Shown: piece by piece, positions 1-8,997 of the stretch
How the letters are laid out: every line of letters starts with the position of its first letter
Position numbering within the stretch: the first letter of the stretch is position 1
Origin: Caldilineaceae bacterium
Lineage (GTDB): Bacteria; Chloroflexota; Anaerolineae; Caldilineales; Caldilineaceae
Direction of reading: 5' to 3'
Assembly (NCBI GenBank): GCA_965200685.1
Contig: OZ241379.1
Span: forward strand, 2,082,594-2,146,593
Length of the DNA: 64,000 nucleotides
Made by a program: the position numbers and the translations under genes
Notes under the pieces: generated by a model
Told to the model about the DNA's origin: nothing
Databases searched by the model: none
Seen by the model: the letters and a program-made list of their open reading frames with translations, nothing else

Positions 1-1747
1 AGAGGTTCAAGGTCTGCAGCGTGGTAGAAAGATTGCCCAGTTGAGAAGGGATGCTGCCCGACAGTTGGTTGGTGGAGAGGTTCAAGGTCTGCAGCGTGGT
101 GGAAAGATTGCCCAGTGCAGAAGGGATGCTGCCTGTCAGGGTGTTGATGGAGAGGTTCAATTGTGTCAGATTGGAGAGGCTGCCCAGTTGAGTCGGGATC
201 TCGCCCGAGAGGGTGTTGGAGTAGAGGTTCAATTGTGTCAGATTGGAGAGGTCGCCCAGTGCAGGCGGGATGTTGCCCGACAGGGTGTTGGAGTAGAGGT
301 TCAATTCTGTCAAATTGGAGAGGTCGCCCAGTTGAGTTGGGATAGGGCCTGTCAGTTGGTTGTTGTGAAGGTACAACTGCTGCAGATTGCCGAGGTCCTC
401 GTCCAGTCGAGTTGGGATAGAGCCCGTCAGTTGGTTGTCGTTGAGGTACAACCGCTGCAAATTGACGAGGCTGTCTAGGTTAGCCGGGATGGGGCCCGAC
501 AGTTGGTTGTCGTTGAGGTACAAGTATCGCAGCTGGGTGAGTCTGCCCAGTGCAGCCGGGATGGGGCCCGACAGTTGGTTGTTGTAAAGGACCAACTGCT
601 GCAGATTGGAGATGTCGCCCAGTTGAGTTGGGATGGGGCCAGTCAGTTGGTTGTTGTGAAGGTACAAGGCCCGCAGCTGGGAGCCGATGGTACCCGTGCC
701 CAGTTGAGTTGGGATGGTGCCCGTCAGGTGGTTGTTATGAAGGTACAAGGTCAACAAGGGGAGATTGCCCAGTTCAGAGGGGATGGGGCCCGACAGTTGG
801 TTGTTGTAAAGGCGCAAGTGCCGCAGACGGAGGCGGCCCAGTTGCGGCGGGATGGCACCAGTCAATTGGTTGTTGTAAAGGTACAAGCGCAGCAGATACC
901 TTGTGTCTTGCGGGTTGGCCCTTCTCAGGTTTTCCAGTTGAGTTGGGATGCTGCCCGTCAGTTGGTTGTTGTGAAGGTACAAGCGCGCCAGATTGGAGAG
1001 GTTGCCCAGTTCGGGCGGGATGACACCAGTCAGTCGGTTGTTGTGAAGGTACAAGTTCCCAAGAGTGTTGGAGATGAGACCCGTGCCCAGTTGAGTTGGG
1101 ATGCTGCCCGTCAGTAGGTTGTTGTTGAGGTGCAACGCCTGAGTAGCGGAGAGGTTGCCCAGTTGCGGCGGGATGGCACCAGTCAGTTGGTTTTGGTCGA
1201 GCCGAAATTCAATCGTCTTGGAGAGGTTGCTGAGTGCAGGCGGGATGTTGCCCGTCAGTGTGTTGGAGTAGAGGTGCAAGTGTGTCAGATTGGAGAGGTT
1301 GCCCAGTTGAGTTGGGATGCTGCCCGTCAGTCGGTTGTCGTAGAGGTTCAAGTAGGTCAGAGTGGTGATGTTGCCCAGTTGTGGCGGGATGCTGCCCGTC
1401 AGTCGGTTGTTGCTGAGGTTTAACTGGGTCACCCTACCATCGGCGGAGAGAGTGAGGCCGCGCCACTGGTTTATCCTCGTTGTTGTAATCCAATCCCCTG
1501 TGGCAAATGTGGCAGTCCCTAGCAGGGTGTCCTTAGCGGCCAGGAGCGCGTTGCAAGCCGGGATTGCGTTGCTATAGCTATAGCCTGTACCCACAATCGC
1601 GGGGGTTCCGGGACATACATCCGCTACCGATATAGACTGCGCGGCTACGGGTGGGCCGGCGATGGTCATCAAGGCGGTTAAGGCGATGGCGGCACAGAGT
1701 ACGCTGAGAGCTGCCAGGAGGGTCCGGGCTGAGAGGCATGGTTTCAT
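1..1747 (-). CDS. Secreted leucine-rich repeat protein with plant-specific-type LRRs. This is the 5' part only; the gene runs off the window start.
   Basis: It is absent from the ORF track because it is truncated. Manual translation of the minus strand from the ATG at 1747..1745 gives MKPCLSARTLLAALSVLCAAIALTALMTIAGPPVAAQ, a signal peptide. A Cys-containing cap follows (ACNALLAAKDTLLG...INQWRGLTLS), then uninterrupted LxxLxLxxNxLTGxIPxxLGNLSxL units with no stop codon down to position 1. The start and upstream leader are paralogous to those of 27329..32233. Confidence 0.85.
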   Translation of the reverse strand, partial: MKPCLSARTLLAALSVLCAAIALTALMTIAGPPVAAQSISVADVCPGTPAIVGTGYSYSNAIPACNALLAAKDTLLGTATFATGDWITTTRINQWRGLTLSADGRVTQLNLSNNRLTGSIPPQLGNITTLTYLNLYDNRLTGSIPTQLGNLSNLTHLHLYSNTLTGNIPPALSNLSKTIEFRLDQNQLTGAIPPQLGNLSATQALHLNNNLLTGSIPTQLGTGLISNTLGNLYLHNNRLTGVIPPELGNLSNLARLYLHNNQLTGSIPTQLENLRRANPQDTRYLLRLYLYNNQLTGAIPPQLGRLRLRHLRLYNNQLSGPIPSELGNLPLLTLYLHNNHLTGTIPTQLGTGTIGSQLRALYLHNNQLTGPIPTQLGDISNLQQLVLYNNQLSGPIPAALGRLTQLRYLYLNDNQLSGPIPANLDSLVNLQRLYLNDNQLTGSIPTRLDEDLGNLQQLYLHNNQLTGPIPTQLGDLSNLTELNLYSNTLSGNIPPALGDLSNLTQLNLYSNTLSGEIPTQLGSLSNLTQLNLSINTLTGSIPSALGNLSTTLQTLNLSTNQLSGSIPSQLGNLSTTLQTLNL

Positions 1748-1749
1748 CT

Positions 1750-1782
<33 letters not shown>

Positions 1783-2048
1783 ATTATGTAATATATAATT
1801 GATAATACGAATTTAGTCACAAGACGTCGTCCCTCGCCCGCAACATGCGGGTGAGAGCGCGGCCCCTGCACAGGGTCATCCGCAATCATTGCACTGTCTA
1901 CGCGGACCTGATCTTGATTATTCATAATCGCACCTTGTTGACGGGATACAGATAACGTTCGGTACTATCTATAATGTTATCTTATCATACTTGCTTGATC
2001 CGTGTCAATCTTGAATAATTACACTTCTAGTTTGACCCAACGAAAACA
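1783..2048 (-). promoter_or_regulatory. Conserved upstream leader/promoter block of the LRR gene, paralogous to 32263..32461
   Basis: It is about 90% identical to the block upstream of the second LRR gene, except for a 68-nt insertion at 1935..2002. A candidate promoter is TTCGTA (1811..1806) - 17 nt - CATAAT (1788..1783), directly abutting the G tract. There are three conserved hairpins; the strongest is at 1833..1855. Confidence 0.55.
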
Positions 2049-2145
2049 GAGATGCTACAATCGTAACCGTGATTTTTAAGTTGCTCGTTTTCTGGCCTGT
2101 AATACACAGGCTGAAAACCTAGAACGAAAAACCGGAGTTTGACTT

Positions 2146-3120
2146 TTGCGAAAACAATTTTACGGTGGGCAGGCTGTCATTGAAGGCGTGATGATGCGGG
2201 GCCGTAAGGTCATGGCAATTGCTGTACGCAACACCCAGGGCAAGATCGTCGTCCACCAAGAACCGCTCACGGCCAAAATCTATACGAGTACATGGGGGCA
2301 ATGGCCCTTTGTGCGAGGGCTGGCTCTTTTGTGGGATGCGCTCGGGTTGGGTATGCAGGCACTTATGTGGAGCGCAAACGTATTAGAGGATGATGGCGAG
2401 GAGCAAGTCGAATTTTCCGCTTCTATGGCCTGGACGACAGTTGCCACCAGTCTTGCCTTTGCTGTGGCCCTCTTTTTTCTGCTGCCCACCTTTGCCAGCC
2501 GCTGGTTCGCCGGTTTCTTCGACCACAACCCCTACCTTGACGCGGTATTTGAGGGGGGCATGCGGCTGCTTCTATTCGTACTCTACCTATGGGGGATTGG
2601 TTTTCTGCCTGATATTCGCCGAGTGTTCGCCTACCATGGAGCCGAGCATAAAGCGGTGAATGCCTATGAGGCCGGCGATACACTGACCGTTGTCCATGTA
2701 CAAAAGCACAGTGTCCAACATACCCGTTGCGGCACAAGTTTCCTGCTCTACATTCTCGTACTCAGCATTTTGCTTTTCGCACCCCTCACATTTGCTTGGG
2801 TCGGACAGACTTGGCTGGCGTTGCTGCTGCGTTTCGTCACCCGGCTGTTGCTCGTTCCCGTGGTGGCCGCAATCGCCTACGAAATGATACGCTTCAGTGC
2901 CATTCATGAGAGCAACCGCTTGATGCGTCTTTTGATTGCCCCGGGCCTGTTGCTCCAGCGTATGACGACCCGTGAACCGGATGATGCGATGGTCGAATGC
3001 GCGCTAGCCGCGCTGCTCCCTGTCCTCGCCGCGGATGGAGTTGTCGTTGATGTGGGCTTGGCGGATATGGGCGAGGATGCAGCCACAACCATGCCAGCCC
3101 CGGCGATTTCCTCAGCCTAG
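2146..3120 (+). CDS. DUF1385 (YqhQ-like) family membrane protein
   Basis: 324-aa ORF. The [14 protein letters not shown] and [14 protein letters not shown] motifs plus several hydrophobic helices are the hallmarks I associate with DUF1385. The start is TTG at 2146, with GGAG about 9 nt upstream. Confidence 0.8.
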   Translation: MRKQFYGGQAVIEGVMMRGRKVMAIAVRNTQGKIVVHQEPLTAKIYTSTWGQWPFVRGLALLWDALGLGMQALMWSANVLEDDGEEQVEFSASMAWTTVATSLAFAVALFFLLPTFASRWFAGFFDHNPYLDAVFEGGMRLLLFVLYLWGIGFLPDIRRVFAYHGAEHKAVNAYEAGDTLTVVHVQKHSVQHTRCGTSFLLYILVLSILLFAPLTFAWVGQTWLALLLRFVTRLLLVPVVAAIAYEMIRFSAIHESNRLMRLLIAPGLLLQRMTTREPDDAMVECALAALLPVLAADGVVVDVGLADMGEDAATTMPAPAISSA

Positions 3121-5783
3121 GAACCCCTGTACTGTCCCGGCAAGCCCTCCACAATCTCTACTGTCTCCACACTCACGGCGATGACCTTCTGCAGCAGGCC
3201 GATGATGTACTGATCATTTTCGCGGTTGGGATCATTGACGATACCGCTGCGTTTGTCTATCTTGACCCGGTACTGATCAAGGACCCATTCTAAGGCAGAC
3301 CGATTCCCTAGCCGATAGGCAAATGCTTTCTTTGGGATCCCCTCTAAGGTCAAGAAGTCGTTGTAGCGGATCGACTGTTTGTCCTTGGAGAGCCGCATCT
3401 TCTCCACCCGCCAAGTGGGGGCCTGGCCGGGCCTCTCTACCAGGGTGAGCGGATAGGCGGGCATCTGTTCATAGTTTACATGGATGTCTGCCAGACGTGC
3501 GCCGGCCTTGGCAAAGGCCCGGAAGTCGGACGACTGTGGGGTAAGGGGGATGTGTGGCAGGTCCCGCTTGAGGTTGGCTTGATACCGTTCACGATAGCCC
3601 GGGTGATGCAATAAGGCGTAAACGTAGTGGAAGATATCCCATTTGCTGATGGATTCATCCTGATACTGCCTGCGGAACTGTGCCAATGCCCAATCTGTAA
3701 TATTCTCGCGGCGGTTGCTGCCGTCTTCGTTGTAAGTGTAGAAGGGGAAACATTGGGAATTGCCAGTAAGATGCAGTTCTGGTATCTGCTGTGTCATCAG
3801 GCAGTGGAATGTTTTGTTGCTTCCGAGGCCTCTGACACAGACCGCCCGATTCTCTGTTTCCGCTGTAGGGAAGATGGACGGGAAGAGGTACACACTGTTG
3901 TTCATCAGCCGATCAAAATAAAGATACGACTTTGTAAATGGACGATAGAGGGATTGCCGAACTTTATCAATTGTAAAATACCCGGTCTTTTCCTTTTTAA
4001 GTGCCTGTTTCAAGTCGCCACTCCAACTAATTTTGCGATTATCAGAGATGACAAAATCATTTATATTCACATCATAGTTTTCCTGACGTTTCCAGCGGTC
4101 TACTTCCGCATTGTAGTGCCGAATCATGCGGTTCATGTTCTCAATGAGCACGTTGCGGTTGAAATTGTACGCCCATGCATCACGGCCCGTGACGACACCG
4201 CGACTATAACTCTTAAAGATTACATCTACCGCCTCGCCTTTCCCTGCTTTTGCTTCCTTTGTCCCCAAGGGGATAAAGGTCTCAAATTCAGCGTGGAGTC
4301 CTTCTGTGAGCCATGTATATCGCTTGTCCGGTCGTATCGCTTTCCATTCGATGTTGCGGTATTGTTCCTTTGCATCAAGATAGCCGTACTTCTCTTCCTT
4401 GCGCCACCACTCATCAACACGTGCGTAGAAGATTTCCGTTTGATCTGCCTTGTCGCGCCGCTTGACGCAAAAATTGATGCTCACACCCACTTGAATGCCA
4501 AAGACATTGTGTGTTGTCCCAGAGAGTTTTGGATTCTTACGCACGTTCCCAGCCAGATCCAGAATGTAGATGGCGTCGAAATCCTCTGCGAGGTGTTTCC
4601 GCATGCCATCGAACGCCACACCATCAAGAAAGCTGTTGTTGGTCACAAAGGCGACGATCCCTGCCTCGCCTATGCGGTCTGCTGCCCAGCGCATGGCCTT
4701 CACATAGGGATCATAGAGTGCGTTTTTATTGGTCGCGTTTGAGTCCTTTGCATAGGTCTCCCGAACCCGCTTGTCCATGGTGGCATAGGTGCGGTTCTTG
4801 TTGTTGTCATTCTCATTGACCTGCCCGATGTTGTAAGGCGGGTTGCCGATGATGACCGTAATATCCTGTTTCTTCTGATGCTCCACACGCTGTGTGTTCT
4901 CTTGGACAAACAAGCTGAGTTGGGTATCCTCGGCCAGCTCAAAGGTATCAACCAAGCAGATGCCCTCAAAGGGCGCGTACTGCCCCATCAGTTCATAGTA
5001 TTCATGCTCAATGTTCAGGGCCGCGATGTAGTAGGGCAGCAGCATCACTTCGTTGCAGTGTAGTTCCGTCTTGTACTTATGACGCAGGCTTGAGACTTTG
5101 CCCAGTTCCTGCAGGTGACGCATGACCCGCAGCATAAAATTGCCCGTACCCACGAAGGGGTCCAGCACATGTACGCCGGCATCGGCTAAAGAACGACCGA
5201 ACTCTTGGTTGAGGATAGCTTCCACGGAGCGCACCATAAACTCCACAATGGGCTGTGGTGTGTAGACGATGCCATGGGTGTCCGCGTCCTTGACGGAAAA
5301 GCCTTGGAAGAAGTTTTCGTAGACAGTGTTGAGGAAGCCCTGCTTCTCTGCATAGTCCCTGATAGTGGCTGCGGTCGTTTCAATGGCCGTGTAGAAACCC
5401 TCTAGGGGCAGGAAGAATTCATACCGGCTGAAATGCTGGCCGGTCAAGGCCTGCACCACCTCCTCGATCTCCCGTGCGATCACATTGCGGGCCACAAAGT
5501 CCGGGTTGTTGAACACCCGCCGGAAGATGCGTTCTGTCAGCAGGTGCTGGATCAGCATCTCCTCTACGGCTGCATCGGCGATGTTGGGGTTGATGGCATC
5601 TCGGCACAGAGTGGCGAAGCGGGCGAACGCCTGCCGAAAGGCCCGGTTGTGCTGCCGCTCCCCTTTGATTAAGGTCAGCAAAGACTCGGCCAGGGCCGGC
5701 ACTACCGTCTTGAACTCCTCCACTGACCAGTGCCAGCGCGCATAGGCCGGTGCCTGATAGGTATAGAAGTGGTTCGTAATCAA
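3117..5783 (-). CDS. N6-adenine DNA methyltransferase with a Type ISP-like C-terminal specificity domain. This is the N-terminally shorter tandem paralog and may be a silent or variant cassette.
   Basis: 888-aa ORF. SAM motif I is [11 protein letters not shown] and catalytic motif IV is IIGNPPYN, giving the gamma-class order. The C-terminal block ENITDWAL...[32 protein letters not shown]...ADIHVNYE resembles the LlaBIII/LlaGI-type (Type ISP) target-recognition tail. It starts at TTG exactly at the duplication breakpoint, with no convincing SD. Confidence 0.75.
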   Translation of the reverse strand: MITNHFYTYQAPAYARWHWSVEEFKTVVPALAESLLTLIKGERQHNRAFRQAFARFATLCRDAINPNIADAAVEEMLIQHLLTERIFRRVFNNPDFVARNVIAREIEEVVQALTGQHFSRYEFFLPLEGFYTAIETTAATIRDYAEKQGFLNTVYENFFQGFSVKDADTHGIVYTPQPIVEFMVRSVEAILNQEFGRSLADAGVHVLDPFVGTGNFMLRVMRHLQELGKVSSLRHKYKTELHCNEVMLLPYYIAALNIEHEYYELMGQYAPFEGICLVDTFELAEDTQLSLFVQENTQRVEHQKKQDITVIIGNPPYNIGQVNENDNNKNRTYATMDKRVRETYAKDSNATNKNALYDPYVKAMRWAADRIGEAGIVAFVTNNSFLDGVAFDGMRKHLAEDFDAIYILDLAGNVRKNPKLSGTTHNVFGIQVGVSINFCVKRRDKADQTEIFYARVDEWWRKEEKYGYLDAKEQYRNIEWKAIRPDKRYTWLTEGLHAEFETFIPLGTKEAKAGKGEAVDVIFKSYSRGVVTGRDAWAYNFNRNVLIENMNRMIRHYNAEVDRWKRQENYDVNINDFVISDNRKISWSGDLKQALKKEKTGYFTIDKVRQSLYRPFTKSYLYFDRLMNNSVYLFPSIFPTAETENRAVCVRGLGSNKTFHCLMTQQIPELHLTGNSQCFPFYTYNEDGSNRRENITDWALAQFRRQYQDESISKWDIFHYVYALLHHPGYRERYQANLKRDLPHIPLTPQSSDFRAFAKAGARLADIHVNYEQMPAYPLTLVERPGQAPTWRVEKMRLSKDKQSIRYNDFLTLEGIPKKAFAYRLGNRSALEWVLDQYRVKIDKRSGIVNDPNRENDQYIIGLLQKVIAVSVETVEIVEGLPGQYRGS

Positions 5784-5885
5784 TCCTGGGCTGAGAAGCC
5801 GGTCTTTATCGTATCCGATTTTTCATAACTGGGCGCAGTTTGAGCCCGAGTTGGAGAGAAAAACGGGCATCTGGGTCGTTGTGGC

Positions 5886-8800
5886 TTATAGGCAGTGGGT
5901 AAACCGGCCCGGCAAGCCTTCCACAATCTCTACTGTCTCCACACTCACGGCGATGACCTTCTGCAGCAGGCCGATGATGTACTGATCATTTTCGCGGTTG
6001 GGATCATTGACGATGCCGCTGCGCTTGTCTACCTTGACCCGGTACTGATCAAGGACCCATTCCAACGCGGACCGGTTCCCCAGCCGATAGGCAAACGCTT
6101 TCTCTGGGATCCCCTCTAAGGTCAAGAAGTCGTTGTAGCGGATAGATTTTTTGTCCTTGGAGAGCCGCATCTTCTCCACCCGCCAAGTGGGGGCCTGGCC
6201 GGGCGTCTCTACCATGGTGAGCGGGTAGGCGGGCATCTGTTCATAGTTTACATGGATGTCTGCTAGACGCGCGCCGGCCTTGGCAAAGGCCCGGAAGTCC
6301 GCGGCTTTATCTGTTGCGCCTGCCATTGGGGGCGGCATGGGGATGTGTGGCAGGTCCCGCTTGAGGTTGGCCTGATATCGCTCTCTATATTGGGGATGAT
6401 GCAGCAGGCCGTAGACATAATGGAAGATATCCCATTTGCTGATGGATTCATCCTGATACTGCCTGCGGAACTGTGCCAATGCCCAATCTGTGATGTTCTC
6501 GCGGTGCTTGCTGCCGTCTTCGTTGTAGGTGTAGAAAGGGAAGCATTGGGTTTTTTCAAGTATGTCAACGCATGGAACCATAGAAGCCATCAAGGTCTGA
6601 AAAGGTTTGTTGCTTCCGAGGCCACTGACACAGATCGCCCGATTCTCTGTTTCCGCTGTAGGGAAGATGGAGGGGAAGACGTAGACTCTCTCGATCATCA
6701 TTCTATCAAAGTACAGGTGCGACTTTGTAAAGGGACGATAGAGAGAAGCCCTTACCTTTTCGTGTGAAAAATCAGCGATTTTCCCTCTTTTCAAATTTCG
6801 TTTCAGTGTTTCGCTCCACTTAATTTTCTGGTCATTATACACCACAAACTCATCAACATTCGCCCCCTGATCCCTCTGTCGTTCCCACTTGAATACCTGT
6901 TCATTATAGCAATCGATCATCCCCTGAATATTCTCTGTAAGCACACTTCGGTTAAAATTGTATGCCCATGCATCACGGCCCGTACTGATACCACAACTAT
7001 AACTCTTAAATAATACATCCCCCACCTCGCCCTTGGTCGCCTTTGCTTCTTTGCTCCCCATAGGGAGAAAGGTATCAAACTCGGCGTGGAATCCCTCTGT
7101 AAGCCAGGTATATCGCTTGTCCGGTCGTATCGCTTTCCATTCGATATTGCGGTACTGTTCCTTTGCATCAAGATAGCCGTACTTCTCTTCCTTGCGCCAC
7201 CACTCATCAACGCGTGCATAGAAGATTTCCGTTTGATCTGCCTTGTCGCGCCGCTTGACGCAAAAATTGATGCTCACACCCACTTGAATGCCAAAGACAT
7301 TGTGTGTTGTCCCAGAGAGTTTTGGATTCTTACGCACGTTCCCAGCCAGATCCAGAATGTAGATGGCGTCGAAATCCTCTGCGAGATGTTTCCGCATGCC
7401 ATCGAACGCCACAGCGTCAAGAAAGCTGTTGTTGGTCACAAAGGCGACAACCCCCTCATCCCCTATGCGGTCCGCTGCCCAGCGTATAGCCTTCACATAG
7501 GGGTCAGAGAGTGCGTTTTTATTGGTGGCCTTTGAGGCCTTTGCATAGGTCTCCCGTACCCGCTTGTCCATGGTGGCATAGGTACGGTTCTTGTTGTTGT
7601 CGTTCTCGTTGACCTGGCCTGCGTTGTAGGGTGGGTTGCCGATGATGACCGTAATATCCTGCTTCTTCTGGTTCTCCACGCGCTGTGTGTTCTCTTGGAC
7701 AAACAAGCTGAGTTGGCTGTCCTCGGCCAGCTCAAAGGTATCAACGAGACAGATGCCCTCAAAGGGCGCGTACTGGCCCATCAGTTCATAGTATTCATGC
7801 TCGATGTTCAGGGCCGCGATGTAGTATGGCAGCAACATCACCTCGTTGCAGTGTAGTTCCGTCTTGTACTTATGACGCAGGCTTGAGACTTTGCCCAGTT
7901 CCTGCAGGTGACGCATGACCCGCAGCATGAAATTGCCCGTACCCACGAAGGGGTCCAGCACATGTACGCCGGCATCGGCTAAAGAACGACTGAACTCTTG
8001 GTTGAGGATAGCTTCCACGGAGCGCACCATGAACTCCACAATGGGTTGTGGTGTGTAGACGATGCCATGGGTGTCCGCGACTTTGACGGAAAAGCCCTGG
8101 AAAAAGTTTTCGTAGACAGTGTTGAGGAAGCCCTGCTTCTCTGAAAAGTCCGTGATAGTCGCGGCTGTGGTTTCAATGGCCGTGTAGAAACCCTCTAGGG
8201 GCAGGAAGAATTCATAACGGCTGAAATGCTGGCCGGTCAAGGCCTGCACCACCTCCTCGATCTCCCGTGCGATCACATTGCGGGCCACAAAGTCCGGGTT
8301 GTTGAACACCCTGCGGAAGATGCGTTCGGTCAGCAGGTGTTGGATCAGCATCTCCTCTACGGCTGCATCAGCGATGTTGGGGTTGATGGCATCTCGGCAC
8401 AGAGTGGCGAAGCGGGCAAATGCCTCACGAAAGGCCCGGTTGTTCTGCCGCTCCCCTGCGATTAAAGTCAGCAAAGACTCGGCTAGGGCCGGCACAACCG
8501 TCTTGAACTCCTCCACTGCCTGTTGCCAGCGCGCATAGGCCGGTGCCTGATAGGTGAAGAAGGTCTGCAGGCCCTCAATCAGCAGTTCCGGCGCAGCGAT
8601 GGGGCTGTCCCACACCCGCTGCCCCTGTTGGATGACCACCATGCGCTGCGGGGCCTGGAAGAGGATATTGTCCTGGGGGTAGCCAGTAGCCAGCTTCTTG
8701 CGGATCTCTAGATCTAGGTCATCATCGCTATCTTTCGCTTCCCAATAGCCATGGGCCAGGTTGAAGTCGTCCAACAATGCGCCATCAATGCGAATGCTGC

Positions 8801-8987
8801 GGCCATCGGCCAGCTTGCGCGTGTACTGCTCGGTTAGGGTCCAGCCGAGGGGTTGCGCGCCTGCACGCAGGATATTGGCAAATGCCGGCGCGACCGCGCC
8901 CTCATGGGCAAAACCAAGCTCTGTCAGCTTGCTCAATTCGCTGAAATAGGCTGCGATGGCTTGTTGTGTGGCTTTGCGCTGGAGCAT
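5886..8987 (-). CDS. Type IIG/ISP-like fusion: PD-(D/E)xK-like N-terminal module, N6-adenine methyltransferase and specificity domain (no helicase)
   Basis: The track ORF is 5886..9107. I place the start at the ATG at 8987 (MLQRKATQQAIAAYF...). The 40 upstream codons are Cys/Trp-rich and overlap the preceding gene by 110 nt. The N-terminus has RIDGALLDDFNLAHGYWEAKD, a D..D-x9-E-x-K pattern. It is followed by [19 protein letters not shown] and the same C-terminal tail as the downstream paralog. Confidence 0.75.
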   Translation of the reverse strand: MLQRKATQQAIAAYFSELSKLTELGFAHEGAVAPAFANILRAGAQPLGWTLTEQYTRKLADGRSIRIDGALLDDFNLAHGYWEAKDSDDDLDLEIRKKLATGYPQDNILFQAPQRMVVIQQGQRVWDSPIAAPELLIEGLQTFFTYQAPAYARWQQAVEEFKTVVPALAESLLTLIAGERQNNRAFREAFARFATLCRDAINPNIADAAVEEMLIQHLLTERIFRRVFNNPDFVARNVIAREIEEVVQALTGQHFSRYEFFLPLEGFYTAIETTAATITDFSEKQGFLNTVYENFFQGFSVKVADTHGIVYTPQPIVEFMVRSVEAILNQEFSRSLADAGVHVLDPFVGTGNFMLRVMRHLQELGKVSSLRHKYKTELHCNEVMLLPYYIAALNIEHEYYELMGQYAPFEGICLVDTFELAEDSQLSLFVQENTQRVENQKKQDITVIIGNPPYNAGQVNENDNNKNRTYATMDKRVRETYAKASKATNKNALSDPYVKAIRWAADRIGDEGVVAFVTNNSFLDAVAFDGMRKHLAEDFDAIYILDLAGNVRKNPKLSGTTHNVFGIQVGVSINFCVKRRDKADQTEIFYARVDEWWRKEEKYGYLDAKEQYRNIEWKAIRPDKRYTWLTEGFHAEFDTFLPMGSKEAKATKGEVGDVLFKSYSCGISTGRDAWAYNFNRSVLTENIQGMIDCYNEQVFKWERQRDQGANVDEFVVYNDQKIKWSETLKRNLKRGKIADFSHEKVRASLYRPFTKSHLYFDRMMIERVYVFPSIFPTAETENRAICVSGLGSNKPFQTLMASMVPCVDILEKTQCFPFYTYNEDGSKHRENITDWALAQFRRQYQDESISKWDIFHYVYGLLHHPQYRERYQANLKRDLPHIPMPPPMAGATDKAADFRAFAKAGARLADIHVNYEQMPAYPLTMVETPGQAPTWRVEKMRLSKDKKSIRYNDFLTLEGIPEKAFAYRLGNRSALEWVLDQYRVKVDKRSGIVNDPNRENDQYIIGLLQKVIAVSVETVEIVEGLPGRFTHCL

Positions 8988-8997
8988 GGGTACAGTG

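Noticed and set aside
41-1577. A stack of plus-strand ORFs (41..478, 503..1117, 550..1023, 1130..1423 and others) with repetitive QLVVVEVQ / WLLLRFN-type translations.
   Set aside because: They are antisense or out-of-frame readings of the minus-strand LRR gene. The repeat periodicity keeps several frames open. The minus strand gives a coherent signal peptide, cap and canonical LRR consensus.
3627-4742. A 371-aa plus-strand ORF and similar ones (6345..6767, 7086..7535) opposite the methyltransferase genes.
   Set aside because: They are antisense to CDSs with clear catalytic motifs, and no motif is recognisable in them. Both duplicated copies carry antisense ORFs at corresponding positions, as expected for shadow ORFs.
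3117-8987. The possibility that the duplicated 2.7-kb units are an insertion sequence or other mobile element.
   Set aside because: There is no transposase, integrase or terminal inverted repeats. The repeated unit is the methyltransferase gene itself, so this is a tandem gene duplication.
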